Of a stretch of DNA of 27,204 nt, positions 1-8,469 are shown piece after piece. Within the stretch, counting starts at the first letter, position 1; each line of letters begins with the position of its first letter. The notes beneath the pieces were generated by a model. The model did no database searches. It had not been told where the DNA came from and worked only from the letters and a program-made list of their open reading frames with translations. This DNA comes from a virus (Duplodnaviria > Caudoviricetes). The stretch is taken from positions 1-27,204 of the IMG/VR virus record IMGVR_UViG_3300038300_000055. One strand, given 5' to 3'. Position numbers and translations under genes: made by a program.

Positions 1-681
1 ATTGATTAAATTAAAAATCTTTTCGTTCTTCGCATCAGTCTTTTTAGGTAATTGAGAAAGATTAGTTTTCATTGCTTCCATCAATTCTTCTACAGTAGTT
101 GCTAGTTGAATGTCCCTATTATCATCAACATAATATTGTAGACCTTCCATCATTGCTTCAACAAATGCGTTTGGAGCAGAAGGGTCAGATACAATATCTA
201 CTGTCACTAATTCAAAGTCCGATACAACCTTTGCACCACCTTTGTCTTCTCCTAGTCTTCCAACACCTCTTGTCGAAACACCAAGAATCATTCCATCATT
301 AATAAGTGATGAAGCAATCATTCCTTTTGGAGTTGTTGCAATCTTCGCTTTACCAATGCCGTCTTTACCAACCATATTGAGGTCAGTTATATAATGAGAT
401 ACTCTATCAAGGTCAATTTGGATAGATGATTGAGGGTGATTGAGTTCACCCGGAACACCAACACCCCTCATCTTATCTTTCTTAAATAGTCCAATTGCTT
501 TGTCTAACATAGGGACTGGATAAATTCTTCCATTCCTATTTTGAATATCTCCTTGGAGAAACGGACCTTGAATGTAAAGATTCTTTCCAACGACATTTCC
601 TTGCTCGTCCTTCACTTCCTCCATGAGAGGTTGAACCTCTTTGCAATCGGTGAATTCTCTAATACAATTTAATTTTTCCAT
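1..681 (-). CDS. 21: T4-like prohead core protease gp21 (3' end runs off the window)
   Basis: Not in the ORF track. Manual translation from ATG at 681 gives MEKLNCIREF...LYIQGPFLQGDIQNRNGRIYP...GELNHP...DRVSH...LGVSTRGVG...DIVSDPSAPNAFVE, the conserved gp21 motifs. It lies downstream of the portal gene. Confidence 0.95.
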   Translation of the reverse strand, partial: MEKLNCIREFTDCKEVQPLMEEVKDEQGNVVGKNLYIQGPFLQGDIQNRNGRIYPVPMLDKAIGLFKKDKMRGVGVPGELNHPQSSIQIDLDRVSHYITDLNMVGKDGIGKAKIATTPKGMIASSLINDGMILGVSTRGVGRLGEDKGGAKVVSDFELVTVDIVSDPSAPNAFVEAMMEGLQYYVDDNRDIQLATTVEELMEAMKTNLSQLPKKTDAKNEKIFNLIN

Positions 682-704
682 TTCTTAACCCTGTTGTTTG
701 AATA

Positions 705-712
705 TATTTATA
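705..712 (-). promoter_or_regulatory. T4-type late promoter TATAAATA upstream of gp21
   Basis: Exact TATAAATA on the minus strand in the intergenic gap. Confidence 0.8.
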
Positions 713-713
713 A

Positions 714-863
714 TTACTTTTCGTTTAGTTTATTAACGTAATCACTTTTCTTCTTGGCAACTCTTCTATCCATAACAGTTTTTACTGCATGGTTAAGGTC
801 GATTTTACATTTTCTAAAATCGTCATTCGCCAAATTATCAATCAATCTTGTCGTGCTTTTCAT
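714..863 (-). CDS. gp67-like small prohead core protein (49 aa)
   Basis: Not in the ORF track. MKSTTRLIDNLANDDFRKCKIDLNHAVKTVMDRRVAKKKSDYVNKLNEK has an AAAGGAG SD and its own late promoter. Its position between portal and protease and its helical pattern resemble T4 gp67. Confidence 0.65.
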   Translation of the reverse strand: MKSTTRLIDNLANDDFRKCKIDLNHAVKTVMDRRVAKKKSDYVNKLNEK

Positions 864-888
864 AATACTCTCCTTTAATGTACTAACT

Positions 889-896
889 TATTTATA
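889..896 (-). promoter_or_regulatory. Late promoter TATAAATA overlapping the portal stop codon
   Basis: Exact motif containing the TAA at 892-894. Confidence 0.75.
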
Positions 897-2451
897 AACC
901 ACCGCCGCCACCTTCTTCGACATCTCCCTCTCCATCAAGTTTTTCTTGGTCCATGAGTTTCTTATTCTCTCTCCACTCTTCGTCGGTCCACTTGAGGAAA
1001 TGTTTAACTGCCATCTCTTTAGAGAACACATCACCAACATATGATGATACAGTACCCCAATTGTTCAATCTAACCTCTTCTACTTGCGCTCGTTTGAGTT
1101 CTTCAAAGTGATTATTCTTGTTCAATTCGATTCTAAAGTCGGTGTCTTTAAGGTTATATTGTTCCCATAACCCCGTTAATTTAAGATGTGTTCTGTAAAG
1201 GTCAAAGATTGCTATAACAACTTTTCTCCTAACCCTAGCAACCATCTTGGAAAACTTAACTTCTTGCCAAGATATGTCACCAATACTACCATTATTATAG
1301 TTCTGTTGCCCGCTAGGATGGTCTATACGCCTATTGACGGGTATCTCCAGTGCCCTATACAACTTCTCAAGGAAATAGTTAAGGTCGGTGATTTCTCCAA
1401 GGTTCTCTCCGCCTTGAAGTGTATCAATCTCTGAAGTATTTCCATCCGCTGGTTGGGTGAACCAATAATCCTCAAGCATAGCAAGGATGTTGTTCTGTCC
1501 ATCAATCTCACCAGTTGCTGTGTTGTAAATCTTCTTTTGACGATACGTTCTCATCAACTTCTGAACATATGCTTCCGCTTGTGCTTTAGGCATGTTACCC
1601 GTAGCAATCTTGAATACTCTTCTTTCTGGTGCTCTAACGATACGATAAATGATTACCGCTTCCTCAAGGAGTTGAAGTTGTCTCCATACCTTCTTCACTG
1701 GTTCTAGATAAGAAAGAACATAGACCTCACCTGTCTCGGAATTCTCCGAATACTGGTCCCAACTAGTATAAGCAATTTGATTCTTAGGTATTTCACCCAA
1801 GACGCCACCACCATCGTAAATATCTTTTACTTGGTACGCAACAATTTCATCTCTATCATCAGACCACACAGGATAAACATTATCTGGTCTAAGTCTTTTA
1901 ATTCGTTTCAATCCTTCTTTCTTTCTATCGGGATTAATAATCTTTTCATATAATAATTCGCCTGAAACTAGAAAAGATAAAATAGCATCATGTCCAGTGT
2001 TCTTGAAGTCCAGAAGGTCATCGAAGACATGTCTCCATGCTGCTTTAAGATTATCAGTCTTGTTGGCATTTATAAGGAGATTCTCGTTTACAATTTCCAT
2101 TCTACCAACATTACCATCCAAGTCAGAGTGATTCATCATCTCATCACAAATCATACTAAGAGCATATTTAACTTCTGGATAATCCGCCATCATTCTATAA
2201 AGGCGAAGTTTCTGTGGTTTGGTTGGTTCGTCATGGTTGATGTACCTACGCATGTTACCATACATTTGAGCACCAATGATGTCTCCATTCTCTCCCGATG
2301 CAGCAAGTGCTCTATCCTTGTCAGCAAGACCATAACCAACGTCTTTGGTTTGTTCTTCGTAGTCCATGTACCCAAAGACTGAAGTTATTTTCTTCAACCA
2401 ATCTGGTCTACCATCTATGTTTGGGTTTAAATCAAATCCGAATAATGCCAT
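892..2451 (-). CDS. 20: T4-like portal vertex protein gp20
   Basis: SYLEPVKKVWRQLQLLEEAVIIYRIVRAPERRVFKI, GNMPKAQAEAY, MLEDYW, EIDTLQGGENLGEITDLNYF...LYRAL; 519 aa. Confidence 0.97.
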   Translation of the reverse strand: MALFGFDLNPNIDGRPDWLKKITSVFGYMDYEEQTKDVGYGLADKDRALAASGENGDIIGAQMYGNMRRYINHDEPTKPQKLRLYRMMADYPEVKYALSMICDEMMNHSDLDGNVGRMEIVNENLLINANKTDNLKAAWRHVFDDLLDFKNTGHDAILSFLVSGELLYEKIINPDRKKEGLKRIKRLRPDNVYPVWSDDRDEIVAYQVKDIYDGGGVLGEIPKNQIAYTSWDQYSENSETGEVYVLSYLEPVKKVWRQLQLLEEAVIIYRIVRAPERRVFKIATGNMPKAQAEAYVQKLMRTYRQKKIYNTATGEIDGQNNILAMLEDYWFTQPADGNTSEIDTLQGGENLGEITDLNYFLEKLYRALEIPVNRRIDHPSGQQNYNNGSIGDISWQEVKFSKMVARVRRKVVIAIFDLYRTHLKLTGLWEQYNLKDTDFRIELNKNNHFEELKRAQVEEVRLNNWGTVSSYVGDVFSKEMAVKHFLKWTDEEWRENKKLMDQEKLDGEGDVEEGGGGGL

Positions 2452-2475
2452 TTTTCATTTCCTTGCTGTCAACTA

Positions 2476-2483
2476 TATTTATA
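2476..2483 (-). promoter_or_regulatory. Late promoter TATAAATA upstream of portal
   Basis: Exact motif overlapping the gp4 stop codon. Confidence 0.8.
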
Positions 2484-2961
2484 TTGTAATATCTTTTTCT
2501 GTTAATATTTTAAATTCCCAACCTTTTTTACGACAAAATTCATTTGCCGCTTCCCATTTTGCCTGATTCTTGCAATAAGTCAGTTGTTCGTAAAGCATCG
2601 TCTTCCTTGATTTCTTTTTCGATTGCCTTGGTGGGTTTGTTTCTCTATATGGTTTTATCTCTATAACTTGTTTGCTTTCGTCTTCCCAAATAATTAAAAA
2701 GTCTGGATAATATCTTCTACGCTTCCCATTGAAATAATAAGGGACTACGACACACTCACAACACCATCCTTTAACCTTTTCATGTCCATCCAAATGTTCC
2801 ATGAAAGATAACTCCCATGACGAACGAAATATAGGAGGTTTCGTTCCAGCATACTGTTCCCTATTCTTTACAGTGTATATGCCTTGTCGAAACTGTTGTT
2901 TCTTTTTCTTTCTCAAAAACTCATGAACCTTGTTGCTTACCTCGCCTTTGAACTTCACCAC
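2479..2961 (-). CDS. 4: Head completion nuclease gp4 (TnsA-like PD-(D/E)XK); start uncertain, possibly TTG at 2916
   Basis: FRSSWE, RRYYPDF, IEIKP, NQAKWEAA..FC..KGWEFKILTE motifs. Confidence 0.92.
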   Translation of the reverse strand: MVKFKGEVSNKVHEFLRKKKKQQFRQGIYTVKNREQYAGTKPPIFRSSWELSFMEHLDGHEKVKGWCCECVVVPYYFNGKRRRYYPDFLIIWEDESKQVIEIKPYRETNPPRQSKKKSRKTMLYEQLTYCKNQAKWEAANEFCRKKGWEFKILTEKDITI

Positions 2962-3532
2962 TCCCTAGACGTTTTTTAAATACTGCTATATTTCCACCAT
3001 GACTATTATCTGGAACACCACCACCAATTGTCAAATCACTTCCACTTCCTGCCGTTGGTCCTGCGCCAGATGAAGTTCCTGTGTTTTCGTGGACACTTTT
3101 CAACTCACCTTGAAATTTCTCTACATATTTGGAAAGATATTGCTCAACCATGTTAATATCACAAAGTTGTCTTCTTTTCAATCTTCTTACTTGTTTATCT
3201 GGGTCGTGGTATCTAAGAGTCTCCACAGTGAAACATCCACAATCTTCACAAAGTCCACCATCGCTATCAAAACCTTCAACGGATATAATAAAGTTTACTG
3301 GAGAATTTTGCAACGCATCGTTACATTCTTCTGTATATTGTGCTTTTGAGAAACGAATGAACACAATTCCATTGCCATTGTCTGATTTATCAAAGTCCAC
3401 CTTCAAGAAATTGCCACCCAATCTCTCCCTAAAATTGTTTTTTAATGAATCAATGAAGTGATTCGCGGTCTCAAGACCCTCGAATTTATTCATTTTTTCC
3501 AAAGTTTCGTTTAATTTATCTAAAACTGACAT
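2921..3532 (-). CDS. Hypothetical late protein with CEDCGC cluster and Gly/Ser-rich tail
   Basis: 203-aa ORF with SD and late promoter; no family recognised. Confidence 0.75.
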   Translation of the reverse strand: MSVLDKLNETLEKMNKFEGLETANHFIDSLKNNFRERLGGNFLKVDFDKSDNGNGIVFIRFSKAQYTEECNDALQNSPVNFIISVEGFDSDGGLCEDCGCFTVETLRYHDPDKQVRRLKRRQLCDINMVEQYLSKYVEKFQGELKSVHENTGTSSGAGPTAGSGSDLTIGGGVPDNSHGGNIAVFKKRLGSGEVQRRGKQQGS

Positions 3533-3542
3533 AATTTGACCC

Positions 3543-3575
3543 CTACGTTTTCAAGTATTTATATTTAAATAGCAT
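3543..3575 (-). CDS. Possible 10-aa upstream ORF (MLFKYKYLKT)
   Basis: AAGGAG lies 7 nt before the ATG at 3575. The TAG overlaps the SD of the 203-aa gene. Confidence 0.3.
   Translation of the reverse strand: MLFKYKYLKT
3556..3563 (-). promoter_or_regulatory. Late promoter TATAAATA
   Basis: Exact motif 23 nt upstream of the ATG at 3532. Confidence 0.8.
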
Positions 3576-3603
3576 TTGATAACTCCTTTATTTATGTTAT
3601 AAT
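3576..3603 (+). promoter_or_regulatory. Sigma70-like promoter for RNase H
   Basis: TTGATA-16 nt-TATAAT with extended -10 TG (TGtTATAAT). Confidence 0.6.
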
Positions 3604-3628
3604 TATAATAAGAGTTAAGGAGTTTTTC

Positions 3629-4678
3629 ATGGATAAAGGCAAAAAAGTATCAATTATTTTGGATAGTTCGCATCATGCTATGCGTCTTCTACATGTCTGT
3701 CGTAAAGAAGAGACACAAGAAGAAGCATGGCAAATGTGGAAATATATGTTCCTAAATGGGATTTTCCAATATATAGACAAATTCAATGCAGATGAAATAA
3801 TAATTGCAATTGACTCAAAGAACAACTGGAGAAAGAAAATTTTCCCATTTTATAAAGGTCATCGTAAAATCAAAAGAAAAGAAGACGAAGACAAAGATGA
3901 TGGTTGGTTCACATTCAAGGCATTCTACGATATGTATGGAAAGTTCCTTGAAGAAATAGAATTAAACCTCCCATTTAAAATAGTGGAAGTTGATTATGCT
4001 GAAGCAGATGATGTTGCTGGAGTTCTTGCCGCTTCGACTGAGTTGCAAGAGAACATCAAAATATTAATTACAACAGATGGTGATTACGCACAATTAATGC
4101 AAAACCCTCTAACGAAAATCTACAATCCAATGAAAAAGAAGTTTATGCAATCTAGTGACCCTAAAACTGATTTATTATTAAAAGTGGTCTTGGGAGACAA
4201 GGGAGATTACGTTCCTTCTATTAAAGATAAACATAATTATAAAACAGAGTTTTTGGATTTCTGTGTCAACGAAGAAGTTGCCAAGAATCCCCATAATGTA
4301 AAAATAAAACTAGAAAACGATGAACACCTTCTTATAAAGAAAGAATTGGAATTCCAAAGTAAATATGGAATCAAAGCATCTAGGGTGACTACTTTCTCCA
4401 AGAAACTAGCAAACTCATTAATTAAAGAAGGGAAACTAATGGAACACCTCAAAGGGGATTCCGAATTAAAGACTAAATTTATTAGAAATAACAAATTAGT
4501 AAATTTAACCGCACAACCAAAAGAACTAAAGGAACAAATTATTAATTCGTATAATGATTACGAAATGAAAGCGGGACTTAATAAACTATTTGATTTCTTT
4601 ATTATGAATGGGTTCAATCAATTTATGGAAGACACCGTTAGAATTGGAAACCTCCTAGAACCCCTTACTTTGCCTTAG
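3629..4678 (+). CDS. rnh: T4-like RNase H / 5'-3' flap exonuclease
   Basis: IILDSS, IAIDSKNNWRKKIFPFYKGHRK, AEADDV, TTDGDYAQL, LGDKGDYVP and RNNKLVNL motifs; AAGGAG SD. Confidence 0.93.
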   Translation: MDKGKKVSIILDSSHHAMRLLHVCRKEETQEEAWQMWKYMFLNGIFQYIDKFNADEIIIAIDSKNNWRKKIFPFYKGHRKIKRKEDEDKDDGWFTFKAFYDMYGKFLEEIELNLPFKIVEVDYAEADDVAGVLAASTELQENIKILITTDGDYAQLMQNPLTKIYNPMKKKFMQSSDPKTDLLLKVVLGDKGDYVPSIKDKHNYKTEFLDFCVNEEVAKNPHNVKIKLENDEHLLIKKELEFQSKYGIKASRVTTFSKKLANSLIKEGKLMEHLKGDSELKTKFIRNNKLVNLTAQPKELKEQIINSYNDYEMKAGLNKLFDFFIMNGFNQFMEDTVRIGNLLEPLTLP

Positions 4679-5501
4679 ACTTACCCTTTTTATCATCTGG
4701 GTTAGGTCTTCCCTGAGTCTTATCAGGAAAGTCTGACATATTTTCTGGTTTCTCTTTTTCAGAAGAAGGTTCTTCTTCATTTTCACCAGAAGGTTTCTCT
4801 TTTGCCGCGGCAGCTACTTTTGCTTTTTCTTCAGCATCTGCTTTCGCCGCTTGCATTTCCTTCTTCATGTCAGCTAATTGTCTTTGAAGGTCAGCGGTCT
4901 CTTTTTGTGCTTTTGCTTTATCTGCCTTACTTCTAGCATCTTGAGCATCGTCTTTTGCTTTTTGCATTTCTGCTTTAACTTTACTCGCCTCACGTTTAAT
5001 CTTTTCTAATTCAACCTTTGCCTTCTTCTCTGCTTGTGCCGCATTTACTCTTTTCTCGGTATCACCTGTGGCATCCATTCCAGTTACATCATCACTTGTA
5101 CCACCCGCTTTGTCTGCTTTAATGTAACTATCCATAGTTCCTTTTGCTTTCTCAGCACCCAATTGGATTTGAGCATCCTTATGGTTCAATAAACTATCGG
5201 AACCTTTAGAAAACATACCACCTTTCTTACCATGTGCTGCATATAATAAATACAACACAAAACCCAAGTTCTTTTTTGTTGCTTGGTCTTTAACTTTACC
5301 AACTGCCTTAACCAAAGTATCAACTAAATTGGCATGGTCTTTGAAAGCATTAAAGATAACGTTTTGGAACTTCTTTTGACGGAGCATTTCATTTGCCGCC
5401 TTCTCGTTCTTTACAGCGTCAATTGCTTTCTTACCACTACCAAATAACTCGTTAATAAATTTAACGGATTCTTCAATTTCAACAAATTCAGTAAATTTCA
5501 T
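4665..5501 (-). CDS. Hypothetical protein, putative internal head protein (CTS-like N-terminus, Ala/Lys coiled coil)
   Basis: Begins MKFTEFVEIEE; long charged helical C-terminal half. The 3' end overlaps the rnh 3' end convergently. Confidence 0.7.
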   Translation of the reverse strand: MKFTEFVEIEESVKFINELFGSGKKAIDAVKNEKAANEMLRQKKFQNVIFNAFKDHANLVDTLVKAVGKVKDQATKKNLGFVLYLLYAAHGKKGGMFSKGSDSLLNHKDAQIQLGAEKAKGTMDSYIKADKAGGTSDDVTGMDATGDTEKRVNAAQAEKKAKVELEKIKREASKVKAEMQKAKDDAQDARSKADKAKAQKETADLQRQLADMKKEMQAAKADAEEKAKVAAAAKEKPSGENEEEPSSEKEKPENMSDFPDKTQGRPNPDDKKGKSKAK

Positions 5502-5504
5502 TTA

Positions 5505-6071
5505 TTAGCTCTTAGGTACAATGTAAAGGTAACGTCTTGCTGTTTGTACGTCTTCAACGTAGAAACGATTTAGTTTCTTTTGACGCACTAAATTACGTCC
5601 ATCTTCACCAAGATATTGTTTCCAATGTTGCCCCTTGGTTCTATGGATTAGTCCTGCATATGCTTCCTCGTTTACAACGATAACTGGAAGTCCATCACCT
5701 TCAATATCAAATGATGCTGTTTCATTACAAATGATGTTATTCTCTTCATCATGTTTTTTGTATTCGATAACAAGTTGACCTTCACCTTCATCCGCCTTAA
5801 CGAGTTTTTGAAACTTCTGAGGTTGCTTTTGAAATACCTCTACACCTTCTAAAAGGTCTTTTCCTTTTGATGTGATTGTGTAATGACGATAGTCTTTCTC
5901 AGCAAATCCTTCTTTAACAATTACTTGGAACTGTTCGTAGTGCTCAATGTTTTGGAAATCAACGATTTGTGACTCTTCTGCCTCACAAAGAGACTTCAAA
6001 GTTGCAATTGTATCCTCTGAAAGGGTTTCAATTACCTTCGCACTTTCTTTTAAAAATTCTTGTTTCTTCAT
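5505..6071 (-). CDS. Hypothetical protein, putative internal head protein
   Basis: Start moved to ATG 6071, which has AAGGAG 9 nt upstream. Begins MKKQEFLKES and has a late promoter. YTITSKGKDLL resembles a winged-helix wing. Confidence 0.7.
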   Translation of the reverse strand: MKKQEFLKESAKVIETLSEDTIATLKSLCEAEESQIVDFQNIEHYEQFQVIVKEGFAEKDYRHYTITSKGKDLLEGVEVFQKQPQKFQKLVKADEGEGQLVIEYKKHDEENNIICNETASFDIEGDGLPVIVVNEEAYAGLIHRTKGQHWKQYLGEDGRNLVRQKKLNRFYVEDVQTARRYLYIVPKS

Positions 6072-6123
6072 GTTTTTCAACTCCTTAGCTAAATTGACCG
6101 TTTCAAACTGCGCCTTTCACCAT

Positions 6124-6131
6124 TATTTATA
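6124..6131 (-). promoter_or_regulatory. Late promoter TATAAATA
   Basis: Exact intergenic motif. Confidence 0.8.
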
Positions 6132-6137
6132 CTTTTT

Positions 6138-6533
6138 CTACAGAAAAGGTTTTAGACTCACAATTTCACTCGTCCCATACTTGTCATAAGTTATAATCCC
6201 ATCGTATCCCAATTGAACTAAATGTCTGGACAATGCCTTGCCTTTTTTCTTAAATTGCTTATACAAATTCATTTTCCAACTATTTTGGTCATATCCATTT
6301 CCCTCAACGCTATTTAATGGAAGAACCAATGGGTTATTGAGCGTCAACGTCCCAGATTCGTGATTCGGGAGGTCCGACTTGCCTTGGGTGACATAGACTC
6401 CATGTGGCTCAATCTTTTGCTGATATGGGTCATTGGGGATGTTCTTAGGGGATGGTTCGGTGTTCCTTGAGTAGTCAAAGGTTGCTGGGTTACCAGTTTC
6501 AAATTGGGATTCTAAAAATAACGAGAACTTCAT
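6138..6533 (-). CDS. Putative small ADP-ribosyltransferase-fold protein (ART-PolyVal-like) with CTS-like N-terminus
   Basis: Ordered motifs HGVYVT, LTLNNPLVL, LVQLGYDGII, SEIVSL; N-terminus MKFSLFLES. Confidence 0.55.
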   Translation of the reverse strand: MKFSLFLESQFETGNPATFDYSRNTEPSPKNIPNDPYQQKIEPHGVYVTQGKSDLPNHESGTLTLNNPLVLPLNSVEGNGYDQNSWKMNLYKQFKKKGKALSRHLVQLGYDGIITYDKYGTSEIVSLKPFL

Positions 6534-6781
6534 GATTGGTCATCATATTTAGTGTTCTCGACCAATTCGTATTTGTACACCGCTGGGTCAGCATCAGAGT
6601 CCATTATTCCCATATCTCTTGAAAAAGTTTCCGCGCAATGAAAATCTATGAGCTCTTCTGGAGCACCAGATAGAGGAGGAGGGTCACCGGAAATGGTTAG
6701 GATGTCAGGCAAGTCATCGGTCCCTTTCCAAATTGGAATGGGGTGGTCTATCGTCTTAAAGCATGTAGAAACTATTGGCAT
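6530..6781 (-). CDS. Hypothetical 83-aa late protein (likely leaderless)
   Basis: Start moved to ATG 6781, 5 nt after TATAAATA, which removes the overlap with the upstream gene. Confidence 0.6.
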   Translation of the reverse strand: MPIVSTCFKTIDHPIPIWKGTDDLPDILTISGDPPPLSGAPEELIDFHCAETFSRDMGIMDSDADPAVYKYELVENTKYDDQS

Positions 6782-6785
6782 ACAA

Positions 6786-7040
6786 TTATTTATAATTGAA
6801 GAAGAATCGACCAAATATTCTCACGCCACGATAGTACAGTTTTACTTTAAAAGGGGAACCAGACTCCTTTATACAGTCTCTCAATTTTATATCTGCCTTC
6901 TTTCTATCTTCTTTTGACCCACCTTTGTCATATGCTTCGTCATGTGCTATACAACAATGCGAAAACTTGAAGTCAGGTACATAAGAACAACCATAACAAA
7001 GTTTCTGGTTGAACCTTTTAATCTTTTTTAAAAGATTCAC
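6786..7040 (-). CDS. Phospholipase A2-like protein (prokaryotic/viral PLA2 fold)
   Basis: GCSYVPD..F..CCIAHDEAY..GG...RKKADIKLRDC...YYRGVRIFG contains the CCxxHDxxY His-Asp motif and a downstream Asp. Confidence 0.7.
   Translation of the reverse strand: MNLLKKIKRFNQKLCYGCSYVPDFKFSHCCIAHDEAYDKGGSKEDRKKADIKLRDCIKESGSPFKVKLYYRGVRIFGRFFFNYK
6787..6794 (-). promoter_or_regulatory. Late promoter TATAAATA encoded by the last codons TAT AAA TAA of the PLA2-like gene
   Basis: Exact motif. Confidence 0.7.
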
Positions 7041-7315
7041 AACAACCCATCTATAATTTCCATTGCTTGTTGTATATTACTTGCTCCAGAGAGGAAACCG
7101 GTCAATGAAGTATTGTCAAGTGTTATTGACGAGGCAGGAACATTGAATATATTGCTTCCATCACCATAGAATGCCCCACCGCTAATATCAAAAATAGTTG
7201 ACACTGTACCACTAATACTTAATGTTCCTGTGCTAGGTATAAGCAATGGCATTGCTCTTGCATCTGGAAACTCTGTTCCATCTACATTTACTAATCCTCT
7301 AATTTCGTTTGCCAT
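7037..7315 (-). CDS. Short fibre-like structural protein
   Basis: AFYGDGSNI and VPASSI...NIQQAMEII segments resemble phage fibre repeats and a segment of the 918-aa protein (HPASSISVD...TQDTFALID). Confidence 0.55.
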   Translation of the reverse strand: MANEIRGLVNVDGTEFPDARAMPLLIPSTGTLSISGTVSTIFDISGGAFYGDGSNIFNVPASSITLDNTSLTGFLSGASNIQQAMEIIDGLL

Positions 7316-7323
7316 ATATTACC

Positions 7324-8466
7324 TTAAGGTGCGCTTGTTTCATAAGGATGACCAGAGGCAAGAGTAATCCCCCACTTGTGTGCAAGGTATCCTTCTATCT
7401 TTTGTTGGGTTGCTAGGTCTTCTGTGCCATCTGTAAAAATAACCTCCGCATACGACCCTATCCATCCTCTAGATGTAGAGGATTCTGTATATCCCAAATA
7501 CCAACTATCCGTTCTTAGACTATTTGAATTGAGTTTAAGCAGTGTTGCTGGCATTGGGAGAACTGAGTAACTTGAAACTGTTGAACCATTTTTATAGGTA
7601 TTATCACAGAACTCTATAGTGGAATAAAATTCATCCGTGCCACCTTTGCCAGATACACGATACTTGCCAGTTCCGAGGCTTCCAGTCATTAGTCCTGGTA
7701 TGTTACCACCGAACAATGCAATGCCACCGTCAAAATAATCTGCTATTATGTACGCAGTTTTTACCGACACTGTTGGTATATCCATACCAATTGAATTGGT
7801 TGTGGAGGTACTCCCAATACTAGGCATACCACTATAAGTTGCGTCACTTATTTTATATTTTGGTTGTTGCGTGGCGGCGAGTTGAGTAGCATGATTGTCG
7901 TTACCACTTTTATCTAACCAACCAGTAACATATTGAGAGTCTCTTAACGTCACAGTAGAAACATCACTAGCATCGAACCAAGCATTAGTAGATATTGCCT
8001 CTGGTGTCCATTGACCATAATATTCATCTGAAACCCAACCTTTAGACAATAAGTTTGTCAATGCTATGGACGCTTCAGAAGTAATACTACCAGATATATT
8101 ACCAGTTAAAGTCAAAGTACCGTTCTCTTGGCCCATGGAATCCAACTCAATTAAAATCTTAGAGATTTCTTTTAAGGTCAACAAGTTATTGGAAACATCT
8201 AATGCCGTAAGGTTTTTGAATCGTGATACATCAACGGCAGTTAAGTTATTGGTACTAAGGTCAATACCAGTTATGGTACTATGAGGAACACTTAATTTCT
8301 TAACATTCAAAAGGTATGGTGGCAATAGAGCATAAGTATGAGAAGGAGTATTACTAGTCTCACTAGCGAAATCCCCATAACTCATAGTAATATCACCACT
8401 TACAGAAGTGGTAAATGTTGCACTAAAGTTTTCGTTACTTTTTAAAACTGCTAAGTCTGCTCTCAT
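7324..8466 (-). CDS. Adhesin/fibre-like paralog 3: PKD-like + short LRR + LamG-like domain
   Basis: SETSNTPSHTY; IDLSTNNLTAVDVSRFKNLTALDVSNNLL; AWFDASD..WLDKSGNDNH; EGYLAHKWG..HPYETSAP. Confidence 0.75.
   Translation of the reverse strand: MRADLAVLKSNENFSATFTTSVSGDITMSYGDFASETSNTPSHTYALLPPYLLNVKKLSVPHSTITGIDLSTNNLTAVDVSRFKNLTALDVSNNLLTLKEISKILIELDSMGQENGTLTLTGNISGSITSEASIALTNLLSKGWVSDEYYGQWTPEAISTNAWFDASDVSTVTLRDSQYVTGWLDKSGNDNHATQLAATQQPKYKISDATYSGMPSIGSTSTTNSIGMDIPTVSVKTAYIIADYFDGGIALFGGNIPGLMTGSLGTGKYRVSGKGGTDEFYSTIEFCDNTYKNGSTVSSYSVLPMPATLLKLNSNSLRTDSWYLGYTESSTSRGWIGSYAEVIFTDGTEDLATQQKIEGYLAHKWGITLASGHPYETSAP
8183..8235. repeat. 53-bp block shared with 10852-10904 (52/53 identical)
   Basis: aagttattggaaacatctaatg[c/t]cgtaaggtttttgaatcgtgatacatcaac. 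Confidence 0.95.
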
Positions 8467-8469
8467 ATA

